A stretch of DNA of 64,000 nucleotides from Candidatus Multivoradales bacterium (lineage in GTDB: Bacteria > Acidobacteriota > Thermoanaerobaculia > Multivoradales > JAHEKO01): assembly GCA_965248055.1 (NCBI GenBank), contig CBDFIJ010000004.1, positions 3,104,001 to 3,168,000 of the forward strand, read 5' to 3'. This document shows positions 42,476 through 56,021 of the stretch, piece by piece (positions within the stretch are counted from its first letter, which is position 1; every line of letters starts with the position of its first letter). A program made the translations under genes and the position numbers. Under the pieces are notes generated by a model that saw only the letters and a program-made list of their open reading frames with translations, was not told the DNA's origin and searched no databases.

Positions 42476-43540
42476 CTAACCGGCATCAGACTGGGGATCA
42501 GACTGGGCATCGGGCCGGAAGTCAGGCTGGGACTCAGCGTCGTTCCTAAGGTCGATCAACTCGGTGTCCTGGTTGACCGCCACCCAGGTGTACCAGAAGG
42601 TGTCGAATCCTGATTGCCTTTGGATTCCCGACTCTTCAGCACGGGCTAAGGCCAGAAGATCGGTGACGCTGTGGTCTTGGGCCAAAGTGCGGGGTATCAG
42701 ATAGGCCTCCGACGAGGCATAGATCGGATCTTCGGCGTGGCGATGCAATAACAGAACGTGGTCCGAGTCAGCGCTCAGATCGATCAGAGCGCCACTGCGA
42801 TAACTGCTGTGGGACACCGCGTAGGGCCGATCGCCGTGCCAAAAGCTGAAAATCAGCGCCTTGGGCTTGAGCCGAGTGTCCGATACTTCAGAGTTGCGAA
42901 AGGTATCTTCGGAGGTGAAGTAGTTGTCGTAGGGATTCGATTGGTCGTGCTCAACGCCGTCGACTGACAGCACTTTGGTGCCCGGGTGAAGTCGTTCCCA
43001 GTCGCCCCACGGCATCTTTTCACCATGGGGAACCTGCGGCATGCCGGTACCTTCCAACTCCCCGCCGATCGCATCCGAAGTCATGATTGACCACCAACTG
43101 TCGGTCTCGCGATCGCGCATCACCAAGGAGGCGTCCAGTAGTCCCCCTGATGCTTCAAAACTGAGTTCTTGATCTCCATGCTGGCGGCCGTAGACCACGG
43201 CCGTGTTGGCCAGCGGTCACCAAACTGCGGCGACCGGAAGGTCACCGAAGCGATCGTTGACCACCTCGTGGTGGTTGAGCAGATTCAAACTGTAGGCGTG
43301 GGCCTCTCCTTCGATCACTACGCCCAGGACCCAGGCCTCGTCCGGAATCTCAGCATCGTTCGCCGAGACCCACTGAGGGTCGAACACTGCGCCAATGGCC
43401 CCGCGGGGCAACAGGATCTGTACCCCGTCGGGGGCTCCCTGCTGCGCCGTCTCGAGCGATTCGTTGGATTGCGCCGCCAGCGGCGGGCTCGTTGCCAGCA
43501 CCAGTGCGAGCGTGACGAGAGATGAGGGTAAGGCGTGCAT
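42476..43540 (-). CDS. DUF3179-domain selenoprotein (in-frame UGA at 43217-43219)
   Basis: Two track ORFs are in frame across one TGA: HEVVND...VW-U-PLANTAVVY, the usual CPLC position; SECIS follows; signal peptide. Confidence 0.85.
43180..43214 (-). promoter_or_regulatory. Bacterial SECIS element
   Basis: UGA-CC-GCUGG-CCAACA-CGGCCGU-GGUCU-ACGGCCG-CCAGC: 7 bp upper stem with a GGUCU loop. Confidence 0.8.
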
Positions 43541-43547
43541 GCTCAGG

Positions 43548-45329
43548 TTACGGTGCCAGAGTAGAGGTGGATGGGTGGTTGTTGCGGTAAACGATGCGAC
43601 CGCCAACGATGGTCTTGAGTACCTGGGTTTGGGCGATCTGTTCGGGGTCCACCGTCAAGGGGTCCTGATCGACGACCACCAAGTCAGCGAGTTTTCCCAC
43701 CTCGATGGTGCCCAGTGAGTCTTCAGCTTTGATTGCGAAGGCACCGTCACGGGTGTAGGAGGCGAGCGCTTCGCTGGCGGTCATCGCTTGACCGGGGTAG
43801 AACTGTGCGCCGTTGGCCATTGTGCGCGTGATGCTGGCCGCCAAGTTGGCCCACGGATCGATGCTTTCAACCGGTACGTCGGTGCCATTGACCACGGTGG
43901 CACCGGAGTCGATCAGCCTGCGCCAGACATACGCCCCCTGTTGTGAACGCTGTTCTCCTAGACGGCTGGGCACCCAAGGTCCGTCTGAGGTGCAATGGAT
44001 TCCCTGCATCGAGGCGATGACCCCAAGTGCGCCAAAGCGCTCGATGTCGTCGGGGTGCAAATGCTGTGCGTGCTCGACCCGCCACCTGGGTGAAGCACCG
44101 GGAGCGGTCGACAGCACGTCTTCATAGAGATCTAGTAGCTCACGATTGGCGCGGTCGCCGATTGCGTGAACTCCCAGTTGTAAGTCGCGTTGGAGAGCGA
44201 TTTCGGCAGTGCGGCGCAAAGAGTCAATGCTGACTTGCTGTGCCCCGGTTTCCCCGGCCGCGTCGGAGTAGGGTTGCAGCAGCCAAGCACCGCGCGAGCC
44301 GAGCGCGCCATCCAACGACACCTTGATGCCGCCCACCCGGAACCAGGGAGTCTGGCCCGGCAATTCACCGGATTCCAGGATTTGGTTGGTGTCGCGGATC
44401 ATCGCCCAAATGCGCACTCCCAACCCTCCCTCGGTGTTCAAGGCTGCCAGCTTGTGCAGCACTTCCAAACGAGTGCCGGCGTCTACAAAGGTGGTCACTC
44501 CGTGCTCCGCGGCTTGCTCTGCTGCTGCCGTCGCCAAGCGGGCGAGAGTCTGTTGTTCCAGGTTCAAGTCTTCTTCCGCACGATCTGACACCAAATCCAA
44601 AGCTGCTTCGTTGAGCAGTCCGGTTGGCGCACCGCTTCGGTCGAGGATGATCTCTCCGCCCTCAGGCACGGCGCTGTCTGCGGTAATCCCGCTAAGTTCC
44701 ATCGCCTTCTGGTTGACCAACACCGCGTGGCCAGAGGCGTGCTCCAATGCCACCGGATGGTTGGGCGTTTTGGCGCTCAGTGATCGATGTACCGGGAAAC
44801 CGCGAATTGTCTCGTCGGGCGAGCGATCCCATTTTTCTTGGTGCCAGCCAAAACCCCGAATCCAAGTTCCCGGTGCGGCGGAGGCGGCAGCGGCAGCGAC
44901 TCGACCAATGATTTCATCGAAACTGGAGGCTCCACTGAGATCAACTTGGGTTAGCGCCTCGCCCAGGCCGAGGAAATGACCGTGGTTTTCGATCAGCCCT
45001 GGAAGTACGGTAGCGCCCTCTAGGTCGATAACTGCGGTTTGGTCGCCGATCCAGGGGTTGATCTCGTCATCGCTACCAACTGCGACAATGCGCTCGCCCC
45101 GTACGGCGACCGCCTGGGCTGGCTTGGGAGTGGCTTCGGCAGTACTCGCCCCAGCCACCATGGTGTGAACCGTGCCGCTGCGTAGCACCATGTCAGCAAA
45201 CTCGAGGTCGGCGGACTGGTCATTGGACTGGTCATTGGACTGGGCGGCGGAGTGATCGTTTGGGGTACAGGCGCTGGTCAAAAGGGCGATCAACGCTAAT
45301 GCTGTGGTTGCGCCTCTGGCAATGCTCAT
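43548..45329 (-). CDS. Amidohydrolase-3 (YtcJ-like) lipoprotein
   Basis: LTSAC lipobox; PGLIENHGH, DGALGSRGA, HAIGD, EHAQ, GTD and GKLAD motifs. Confidence 0.92.
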   Translation of the reverse strand: MSIARGATTALALIALLTSACTPNDHSAAQSNDQSNDQSADLEFADMVLRSGTVHTMVAGASTAEATPKPAQAVAVRGERIVAVGSDDEINPWIGDQTAVIDLEGATVLPGLIENHGHFLGLGEALTQVDLSGASSFDEIIGRVAAAAASAAPGTWIRGFGWHQEKWDRSPDETIRGFPVHRSLSAKTPNHPVALEHASGHAVLVNQKAMELSGITADSAVPEGGEIILDRSGAPTGLLNEAALDLVSDRAEEDLNLEQQTLARLATAAAEQAAEHGVTTFVDAGTRLEVLHKLAALNTEGGLGVRIWAMIRDTNQILESGELPGQTPWFRVGGIKVSLDGALGSRGAWLLQPYSDAAGETGAQQVSIDSLRRTAEIALQRDLQLGVHAIGDRANRELLDLYEDVLSTAPGASPRWRVEHAQHLHPDDIERFGALGVIASMQGIHCTSDGPWVPSRLGEQRSQQGAYVWRRLIDSGATVVNGTDVPVESIDPWANLAASITRTMANGAQFYPGQAMTASEALASYTRDGAFAIKAEDSLGTIEVGKLADLVVVDQDPLTVDPEQIAQTQVLKTIVGGRIVYRNNHPSTSTLAP

Positions 45330-45532
45330 TGGCGAATCCTAGTGCAAAGATCGCCCAAATGGGGCGAAGGTCGCCTTGCCTCATGCAGCGGGTTTGTTTC
45401 CACCGGTAGGTCTGGAACAATAGGAGCCCGCGAAGGTTCTTGTCACCGACGCTTGGTGGCGAGCCTTTCGTAATTGGCTATTCAACCAGCAACCCGTTTA
45501 CAGGGTATTAGAGCTGCTAAGGAGTTAGATCG

Positions 45533-46099
45533 ATGGGCTCAATAGACGCTAACCAAGCGCGTCCAGGCACCAAATTGATTTTCAAAGACGACCTCTACAC
45601 GGTGGTTGCGCGGGCGCATCACAAGCCTGGCAAGGGTGGGGCATTCGTCAAGTTCAAGCTCAAAGGAATTATCAGCGGCAAGGTTATCGACCATACCGTC
45701 CGCGCAGGTGCCAGCATGGAAACCGCCGATGTCAGCACCGCAGCGATGCAGTATCTCTATCAAGAGGGGACCGGGTACGTGTTCATGGATCTGGAAACCT
45801 ATGAACAGCACACGGTGGAAGCAGAGACCATGGGCTTGGCCTCGAAGTTCCTGGTCGAAAATGTCGAAGCCCAAGTCACCATGTATGAAGGCAGGGCGAT
45901 CGGATTGCAGTTGCCGCAAAAGATGGAATTTGTCATTGCCGAGACCATCGATGACGCCGCCAGAGGCAACACGGCGACCTCGGTGACCAAAGATGCGGTG
46001 CTGGAAACCGGGCTCAAAATCCAGGTCCCCAATTTCGTCAAGACCGGTGACCGGGTCCGTGTTTCCACGGAAGACGGCAGTTACCTTGAGCGCGCCTAG
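45533..46099 (+). CDS. efp: Elongation factor P
   Basis: HHKPGKGGAFV, MQYLY and LETGLKIQVP motifs. Confidence 0.96.
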   Translation: MGSIDANQARPGTKLIFKDDLYTVVARAHHKPGKGGAFVKFKLKGIISGKVIDHTVRAGASMETADVSTAAMQYLYQEGTGYVFMDLETYEQHTVEAETMGLASKFLVENVEAQVTMYEGRAIGLQLPQKMEFVIAETIDDAARGNTATSVTKDAVLETGLKIQVPNFVKTGDRVRVSTEDGSYLERA

Positions 46100-46141
46100 C
46101 GGGCGAAGCGTGGGCGGCTTGTCGGTACTCAACGAGAGACA

Positions 46142-47863
46142 TTGAAAATCAAGCGCCGACCGCCGCAAGACGCGGCCCATCTGGAGCCGGTCCTGGGATC
46201 TGTGCTGGCGCGGGTGTACGCCGCGCGCGGCATCACGGACCCGGGCGAATTGGATTACAGCCTGCAGCATCTGCCGGGGTTTTCGAGACTCTCCGGAATC
46301 GATGATGCGGCGAGGGTGATCGCGGATGCGATCGCTGCCGAGGATCGAATCGTGGTGGTAGGGGACTACGACGCGGATGGAGCGACCGCCACCGCGTTGG
46401 TTGTTGAAGCTTTGAAAATGATGGGGGCGACCGATGTCGCCTACAGTGTGCCCAACCGATTTATTGACGGCTATGGCCTGGGTCCCGAACTAGTTGCCAC
46501 CTTTGCCGATCCACCGCCGGGCTTGGTGATCACGGTCGACAACGGGATCGCCGCGTTTGAGGGCGTGGCGGCGGCGAAAGAGATTGGCGCTCGGGTGGTG
46601 GTGACCGATCACCACCTTCCTGGTCCAGAGTTGCCTGACGCTGACGTCATCGTCAACCCGAATCTGTCCGGCGACCAATTTGAATCCAAGAACTTGGCTG
46701 GAGTCGGCGTTGCGTTCTATGTCATGTCAGCGGTTCGTGCCGAACTGCGGGACCGCGGCGCCTTCGAGCACCGCACACAACAACCCAGCTTGGGCGGTCT
46801 ACTGGACTTAGTGGCGATCGGTACCGTGGCGGACGTCGTGGCCCTGGATCGAGTCAACCGCATTTTGGTGCAGCACGGGCTTACCCTGATGCGTGCCGGA
46901 AGATCGCGGCCAGGGATTCGCGCGCTATTGGAGACCGGAGGCCGCCGCGCCAAGACTGTCAATGCTGGCGATCTGGGATTTGTCGTTGGGCCGCGCCTCA
47001 ACGCCGCGGGCCGGATGGACGACATGTCTTTAGGGATCGAAACCCTGATGGAGGACAAACTGCCGCGGGCCTTGGATCGAGCGACCCGCCTGGAGAACCT
47101 TAATCGGGAAAGAAAGACGGTAGAGGCCGGGATGGAGAAGGATGCCCTCGCCGCTCTGGAGAACCTTTCCCTGGGAGATCCGGAACAATTGCCCTTCGGT
47201 TTGGTGGTCTATCAGTTTGGATGGCACGAGGGAGTTTTGGGGATTGTGGCTTCGCGGCTCAGGGAGCGTTTTCACCGGCCAGTGGTGGCCTTTGCTGCTG
47301 GCGATCAAGGAATCAAGGGGTCGATGCGGTCGATCCCAGGGGTTCACGCGCGAGATCTATTGGAAACTGTAGATCTCGCCGTTCCGGGAGTGATCTTGCG
47401 CTATGGCGGGCACGCAATGGCGGCGGGCTTGACCATCGACTCCAATCGACTTGAGGAATTTCGACAGCAATTTGAATCCGCGGTTGCTGCGCTGGTTGGT
47501 CCTGAAGATCTAGAAGGAGTTTGGATTACCGACGGAGAGCTGGCTGCGACAGAGATGACCTTGGACCTAGCTCGTGAGATTCGCCGTGGTGGACCGTGGG
47601 GGCGGGACTTTGAGGAGCCCAGCTTTGATGGGGTCTTGGTGGTCGAGAGCCGATCGGTGGTGGGTCAGAATCATTTGCGATTGCAGCTTAAACCGCAGGA
47701 TTCCGATCGACCGATTGCCGGGATCGCCTTTCGCTGCAGTGACCAAGATTGGCCGGTGTCGCCGTTTGAGGCTCAAGTGGTTTATCGTCTGACGGTGAAT
47801 GATTTTCGAGATCCAGAAACGATGCAGATCCAAGTGCTGGCGATTGAGCCGATGGAAGAATAA
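46142..47863 (+). CDS. recJ: ssDNA exonuclease RecJ
   Basis: GDYDADG, TVDNG, TDHH, PRLNAAGR and GGHAMAAG motifs. Confidence 0.97.
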   Translation: MKIKRRPPQDAAHLEPVLGSVLARVYAARGITDPGELDYSLQHLPGFSRLSGIDDAARVIADAIAAEDRIVVVGDYDADGATATALVVEALKMMGATDVAYSVPNRFIDGYGLGPELVATFADPPPGLVITVDNGIAAFEGVAAAKEIGARVVVTDHHLPGPELPDADVIVNPNLSGDQFESKNLAGVGVAFYVMSAVRAELRDRGAFEHRTQQPSLGGLLDLVAIGTVADVVALDRVNRILVQHGLTLMRAGRSRPGIRALLETGGRRAKTVNAGDLGFVVGPRLNAAGRMDDMSLGIETLMEDKLPRALDRATRLENLNRERKTVEAGMEKDALAALENLSLGDPEQLPFGLVVYQFGWHEGVLGIVASRLRERFHRPVVAFAAGDQGIKGSMRSIPGVHARDLLETVDLAVPGVILRYGGHAMAAGLTIDSNRLEEFRQQFESAVAALVGPEDLEGVWITDGELAATEMTLDLAREIRRGGPWGRDFEEPSFDGVLVVESRSVVGQNHLRLQLKPQDSDRPIAGIAFRCSDQDWPVSPFEAQVVYRLTVNDFRDPETMQIQVLAIEPMEE

Positions 47864-47876
47864 GGAGAGTAGTCCG

Positions 47877-49121
47877 ATGAATAGAACACCGATGAATAGA
47901 ACACTGTTGTTGGTCTTGAGCGCCCTGGTTATGGTCGCTGCCTGTGGTAAATCTCCCGAGCCGGTGGTGGACTACGGACCGGTCGCCCAACAGATAGCTG
48001 AAGAAGCGATCTTGGTCGATACCCACATCGATGTTCCTTACCGTCTGCGTGAGAAACCGGAAGATGTCTCACAGCGCACCGAGACCGGCGATTTTGACTA
48101 TCCCCGCGCCCGTGAAGGAGGCTTAAATGTCGCTTTCATGTCGATCTACGTGCCCGCAGAGACCCAGCAGACCGGGGACTCGGCGCAGGTTGCCGACCAA
48201 CTGATCGACGGGGTGGAAGCGATGGCGGCTGCTGCCCCAGAACGCTTTGGCCTGGTCGACACGGTTGCCGAGATCCGCGAGCAGTCCGCCGGGTCACAAG
48301 TGCTGTTGGCCTTGGGTATGGAGAATGGCGCCCCGATCGGCTCGCTGGAAGATCTACAGCACTTCTACGCTCGGGGTATCCGCTACATCACCTTGACTCA
48401 TTCCGAGAACAATCAGCTGAGCGACTCTTCCTACGCCAAAGAGCGCCAGTGGAATGGCCTCAGTGATTGGGGTCGAGAAGTGGTGGTGGCGATGAACGAC
48501 CTAGGGATTATGGTGGATGTTTCGCATCTTTCCGAGGCCGCTTTCTACCAAGTCCTGGAGACCAGCGCCGCACCGGTGATTGCCTCGCATTCTTCGGCGC
48601 GCCATTTCACCCCGGACTTCGAGCGCAATATGGATGACGCGATGATCCAAGCCTTGGCAAAAAGCGGTGGGGTCATCCAGATCAACTTCGGTTCGGCGTT
48701 CGTCACTGGTGAGGCCAACGCGCAGAGCATGGCCTATTGGAAATTGCAGAATACCTTTATCGCCGAGAACGGGCTAGAGGATGACGATCCGTTGGTCGCC
48801 GAGTTCAAAGACAACTACTTCGCCGAATCACCACGCCTCTACGCAGATGTCGAAGATGTCGCCGATCACATTGACCACGTGGTCGCCTTGGTGGGTATCG
48901 ATCACGTCGGTCTGGGGTCAGACTATGACGGCGTTGGCGATTCCTTACCCACTGGGCTGAAAGACGTCAGCGCCTACCCAAATCTTCTGCGCGTGCTGCT
49001 AGAACGCGGATATTCCGAGGAGGATGTGAGCAAGGTAGCGGGTGAGAACCTGCTGCGCGTGTGGAATGAGGTAGAAGGCGTGGCGGCGGGTTTAGATGGC
49101 AAGCTAGAGGTTGCTGGGTAG
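47877..49121 (+). CDS. M19 membrane dipeptidase, lipoprotein
   Basis: VAAC lipobox; DTHID, GMEN, DVSH, ASHS and GSDYDG motifs; ATG 47877 behind AAGGAG. Confidence 0.92.
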   Translation: MNRTPMNRTLLLVLSALVMVAACGKSPEPVVDYGPVAQQIAEEAILVDTHIDVPYRLREKPEDVSQRTETGDFDYPRAREGGLNVAFMSIYVPAETQQTGDSAQVADQLIDGVEAMAAAAPERFGLVDTVAEIREQSAGSQVLLALGMENGAPIGSLEDLQHFYARGIRYITLTHSENNQLSDSSYAKERQWNGLSDWGREVVVAMNDLGIMVDVSHLSEAAFYQVLETSAAPVIASHSSARHFTPDFERNMDDAMIQALAKSGGVIQINFGSAFVTGEANAQSMAYWKLQNTFIAENGLEDDDPLVAEFKDNYFAESPRLYADVEDVADHIDHVVALVGIDHVGLGSDYDGVGDSLPTGLKDVSAYPNLLRVLLERGYSEEDVSKVAGENLLRVWNEVEGVAAGLDGKLEVAG

Positions 49122-49272
49122 TGCGGAGTCACCGTCTTGGAAAGACAGCATGCATTGCTTACCACCGTTTGAAGGTTGGCAACCGGCTCCGCGAACGATT
49201 CAAAGCTGACTGAGCCTTGATTGGGGTCGACACCTTGAAACGCGATACCCTTCGTGCTTAGCAGAGGCTACT

Positions 49273-52200
49273 GTGAACGGGAAGTTATTCACCGAGGATT
49301 TTCTGCGCGAGGGAATTCGTGAGCGCCCAGAATGGCAAAATTTCGGCGACAGCGAGTTGGAGGCGTTCTCGACAGGGATCACGCAGGTTCTAACCCCTCT
49401 GGGGTCGACTCCAAGCCTTAACGAAGCCCAGACGATCGACGCGGTCATTGTTCCAATCCTAGAGTTGTTAGGCTGGCAACACTATATCCGCGAACAAGCA
49501 CTGCAGGGTCACCATCAGACGCCCGATTTTCTTCTCTTCGACTCCGCTGACGCCAAGGCCGAAGCCAGCCGGATCAAGGGTAATTCTCGCTATCGACACG
49601 GCAAGGCGATCCTAGAAGCCAAGAAATGGCAGCGGCCGCTGGACAAGACCGCTCCTAGCGAGACATTCGACTACAGCGCTCCCTCGACCCAGATCCTGAC
49701 CTACTTGAGTACGGTGGAAGTGGTTTCCAACGACGCCGTCCAATGGGGCATCCTCACCAACGGTCGGCACTGGCGGTTGTATTGGCAAAAGGCTCGATCT
49801 CGGGCGGAGGACTTTCTCGAACTGGATCTCTACAGCCTCGCCGGTCCAGGAGCCCAGATCGAACTGCACTCAGAGTTGGAAGCGTCCGATCCCGAGCACT
49901 TCCTAAAGGTGTTTGCTCTGCTCTTTGGCACCCAAGCCCACGCACCCTCGGCATCCCAACCCGGTCTGACGCTGGTCCAAGACTGCCTCGACGAGAGCCG
50001 GTTGTGGGAGGAGAAGGTCTCAAAAGACCTAGGCGATACGGTTTTTGACTACGTGTTCCCGGCCTTGGTTCAAGCCATCGCTGACATTCATCCGGACGCT
50101 CCCAGCGCCGACCTTGAAGAAGTGCGCCAGGACGCGCTGCTCCTGCTCTACAGAATGTTGTTCTTGCTCTACGCTGAGGATCGCAACTTATTGCCGCCGC
50201 GCGACAAAGACTACGATGACTACTCATTGCGCCACATTCGCGAGGAAATCGCCGGTCGCACAGACGAGCCCGACGCCTTTAGCGATACCGCCACACACTT
50301 TTCGGGTCACCTCGCCGATCTGTGTCGCATTGTCGATCAGGGCGACGCTTCCATCGGGATGCCGCCCTACAACGGAGGATTGTTCGCGGCCGACGCTGGA
50401 TACGCTCTGGGGTCGCTGCGCTTGAGTGACCAGCGTTTCGCGCCGATCCTCGACGGTCTCTCCCGGCACGAGAGCCCAGGGGGGCGTCGCTGGATCAACT
50501 ACCGAGACCTTTCGGTGCAGCACCTGGGCGCGATCTACGAGCGATTGCTCGAGTACGACCCGGTCCGGGGTGCTGCCGGCGAGATCGAGCTGCACCGACA
50601 TCCTTTCGCCCGCAAGGGCAGTGGCAGTTACTACACCCACGACGACCTGGTGCAGTTGATCCAGCGCCGGGCCGTGGGGCCACTGGTGGACCAGATAGTG
50701 CAAGAGTTCGAAACCGCCGCCGCCCGTCTGGCGGGTGATCGTCGCCCGATTGCGAAACGGCTTGCGGAACTCCGATCTCTCGATTCGGCCAGTAGAATCC
50801 TTGAGTTGAAAATTTGTGATCCGGCGATGGGTAGCGGTCACTTTCTGGTGTCGCTGGTGGACTACCTTACGGATCGAGCCCTGGAGCAGATCGGGCGCGC
50901 CGAAGCGATCGTGAACTGGGCCCCCGATGAGGCACCGTATCAGTCACCACTCCTGGATCGCGTCGCGGAGATCCGAAACCATATTCTCGACCAGGCCGAC
51001 AGGCACTCCTGGTCGTTGGACCCCACTCGGCTCGACGACCGGCACGTGGTTCGACGCATGGTTCTCAAACGCGTGGTCTACGGAGTGGACAAGAATCCGA
51101 TGGCGGTAGAGCTGGCGAAAGTCTCGCTGTGGCTGCACACGTTTACCGTCGGCGCGCCGCTGTCGTTTCTCGATCACCACTTACGCTTGGGTGACTCGCT
51201 ATTCGGCGAGTGGACAGATGACGTGCGCGACCACCTGCACGAGCTGGGGGGCCTACACCTCGATCGGGCGTTGGTGAGCCTGGGAATGGCGAGCAAGACC
51301 TTCGAGGAGATCGCCGCCCTCACCGACGCCGACATCCACGAGGCGCAGCAATCGGCGCGGTTTTTCCATCAGGCGGAGGAGACACTACGGCCGATCGATC
51401 GACTGTTCAGCTTTTGGCAGGCCTTGAAGTGGCTGCCAGGGAAGAAGAAAAAAGGCGTTCCCGACCACGAAGGAATTCGGCCGCTGTTGCAGGAGACATT
51501 CGGCGAACTCCTGGCTGTGGTCGATCGCGGCGAGGTCCGCACCGACGACCCGCGCAAAACCTGGGAGGCTGCAGCAGTCAACGAACTGTTGCGCGAGACG
51601 CGGGCGTTGGCAGAGCAAGAGCGTTATCTTAACTGGGAGGTGGCGTTTCCGACCGTTTGGGCGATCGCACACAGGAGCAACGTGGTTTCGACGCGGTTAT
51701 CGGCAATCCACCCTGGGACCGGATCAAGCTGCAGGAGGTGGAGTGGTTCGCCGAGCGGCGCCCGGAGATTGCCAAAGCGGGTAAACAGAGCGAACGCAAG
51801 CAACTGATTGCAGCCCTGGAGAAGGCGGGCGACCCGCTGCACAAGGATTACCTCGCGGCCAAAGGGCGCGCCGAAACCGAGGCGGCCGTGGCGCGGTCAG
51901 GAGGTGAGTATCCGCTTCTGGGCAAGGGGGACATCAATCTCTACTCGCTGTTCGTAGAACGCGCCGCCAAGCTCATCAACGCGCGCGGCATGGTCGGTCT
52001 GCTCACCCCCTCGGGGATTGCCGCCGACAAGAGTGCCGCCGAATTCTTCCGATCGATCTCCACCACCGGGCGGCTTCATAGCCTCGTGGACTTTGAGAAC
52101 AAGAAGATCTTTTTCCCAGACGTACACGCCAGCTTCAAGTTCTGTGTCCTCGCCTTCGGCGGCGCCGACCGGCATTTCGCCGCAGCCGACTGCGCCTTCT

Positions 52201-53315
52201 ACCTCCACGATGTGGCGGAACTGGATGACCGCGATCGACGCTTCCAGCTCGCAGCCGAGGACTTTACAGAGGTCAACCCCAACACCGGCACCGCCCCCAT
52301 CTTTCGCACTCGACGCGACGCGGAGATCACCACCGATATCTACCGGCGACTGCCGGTGCTGATGGATCGCCGTTCGGACCCGCCCAAGCGCGCGTGGCCG
52401 GTCACGTACAAGCGTATGTTTGACATGACCAACGACTCCCACCTGTTCAAGCGCGCCGACGAGCTGGAGGCTGACGGGTTCTACCGAGTCAATGTCAACG
52501 AGTGGAAAAAAAGGGAAGCAAGTTATCTGCCGTTGTACGAAGGCAAGATGGTGCAGATGTACGATCACCGCGCGGCGAGCGTGGAGATAAATCCGGAGAA
52601 CCTCCATCGGCCAGCAATGGCAAGAGAGTCGACTAGCGAACAGAAAACTGATCCGAGCTGGCGAACCGAGCCACAATACTGGGTTGAATCGGCGGTCCTC
52701 GCACGGAACCGAGAGTGGGCTTTGGGTTTTAAGGATGTGACAGCACCCACGAACCGTAGGACCATGATCTCATCTGTCCTTCCTGCTGTTGGATTTGGCA
52801 ATAGCTTGCCCGTCCTTGTTTTGAGGGGCGACGTGGGACTAAACAACGCCTCAATGACTGCGTGGTACGTCGCAAACCTGAACTCGTTTGCGTTTGACTT
52901 CCTGGCTCGACAGAAAGTGCAGGGTCAACATCTCAACTGGTACATAGTGGAGCAGATCGCCGTCCTCAGTCTTGAATCGGCTGCTGCTGAACATGTCGAT
53001 CTTGTCGCGAGAGAAGTATTGCGCCTTTCTTACTGCAGCTATGAGCTGTGCGATTTCGCCCGAGCTCTGGCACATGAGGGTGATCCCTTTCCCTGGGATG
53101 AAGAGGACCGCCGCCACCGCATGGCACGGCTAGACGCGCTCTTTTTCCACCTCTACGGCCTCGACAAAAACGATGCCGACTACATCTTGAACACTTTTCC
53201 CATCGTTCGCGCCGACGATGAAAAGGAATTCGGCCGCTTCCTGACCAGGGATCTTATCCTCGCCTACATGAACGCGGTCGCGGCGGGCGATTTCGAAACT
53301 CGGGTCAGCGTGTGA
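49273..53315 (+). pseudogene. Type IIG (Eco57I-like) fused restriction-modification gene, frameshifted at ~51660
   Basis: PD...EAK nuclease and DPAMGSGHF (motif I) lie in ORF 49273-51807; GFDAVIGNPPW (motif IV) and the TRD lie in ORF 51657-53315; one extra G joins them. Confidence 0.85.
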
Positions 53316-53331
53316 CGCCGGGGCTGTAGCG

Positions 53332-53958
53332 CTAGAAATCCAGCAAGCGCCACAGATACCAAGAGGCGGTGGATCGATAGGGAGCCCAGCGCTCACCCAG
53401 TTCAGCGACTTCTGCCGGACTGGGCATGGCATCCGAATCGTGCAGTTTTTGCACACCCTTGCGAATGCCCAGGTCGTCGCTGGGCAGGATGTCCGACCTT
53501 TGCAGTCGGGTCATGAGAAAGATATTCGCGGTCCAGGGGCCAATTCCGGCTACTTGGGTTAGGACTTGGCGAACCTGATTGTCGTTGAGATGGCGCAGTT
53601 GTCGGGCTTTGATCCGGCCATCGACAAAGTGCGCGGCCAGGTCGCGCAGGTAGCGCTCTTTAGCTCGCGAGACACCGGCAGTGCGAAAGACGGTTTCTGA
53701 GGCACTGAGCAGACTCTGCGGAATGGGGAAATCACGCGCCGCGAACCCACGGACTAGGCGTCGATGGATGGTTGCAGCCGCGGCACCGGCCAGTTGTTGG
53801 TAGAGGATGGCTCTGGCCAGAGCATGAAAGGTTGAGCCGCTGGTGCGCCAGTCAGGGCGCGGCAAGGTTTTGACCAGCGGCGCAAAGCGCGGATCGCGGC
53901 GTGCCAGGGCGGCAGGGTCTCTCGGGGCCGACGTCCTGTGTTTCGAGCGGGGGCTCAA
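53332..53958 (-). CDS. DNA-3-methyladenine glycosylase II (AlkA family); start uncertain
   Basis: AILYQQL, GIGPWTA (HhH), DDLGIR and WAPYRS motifs. Confidence 0.9.
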   Translation of the reverse strand: MSPRSKHRTSAPRDPAALARRDPRFAPLVKTLPRPDWRTSGSTFHALARAILYQQLAGAAAATIHRRLVRGFAARDFPIPQSLLSASETVFRTAGVSRAKERYLRDLAAHFVDGRIKARQLRHLNDNQVRQVLTQVAGIGPWTANIFLMTRLQRSDILPSDDLGIRKGVQKLHDSDAMPSPAEVAELGERWAPYRSTASWYLWRLLDF

Positions 53959-53974
53959 AGCACACCCACTGGCA

Positions 53975-55897
<1,923 letters not shown>

Positions 55898-56021
55898 GGT
55901 CGATGCAGTGCCTGAACGAAAGGAGGCCCCACACTCGACACCATCGAGAGGGGGATTGAACGCTGGAGTTTATCGGCAGCCGGGGCCAGCGCCTAACTGG
56001 CCAGCACTAACTTACCTACCG

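Noticed and set aside
42476-43606. Two genes or a nonsense pseudogene
   Set aside because: A TGA at the conserved Cys position plus a SECIS is better explained by selenocysteine.
45213-45245. Short in-frame repeats (QSND; also MNRTP at 47877)
   Set aside because: Ordinary slippage in low-complexity linkers or at a start; the frame is unchanged.
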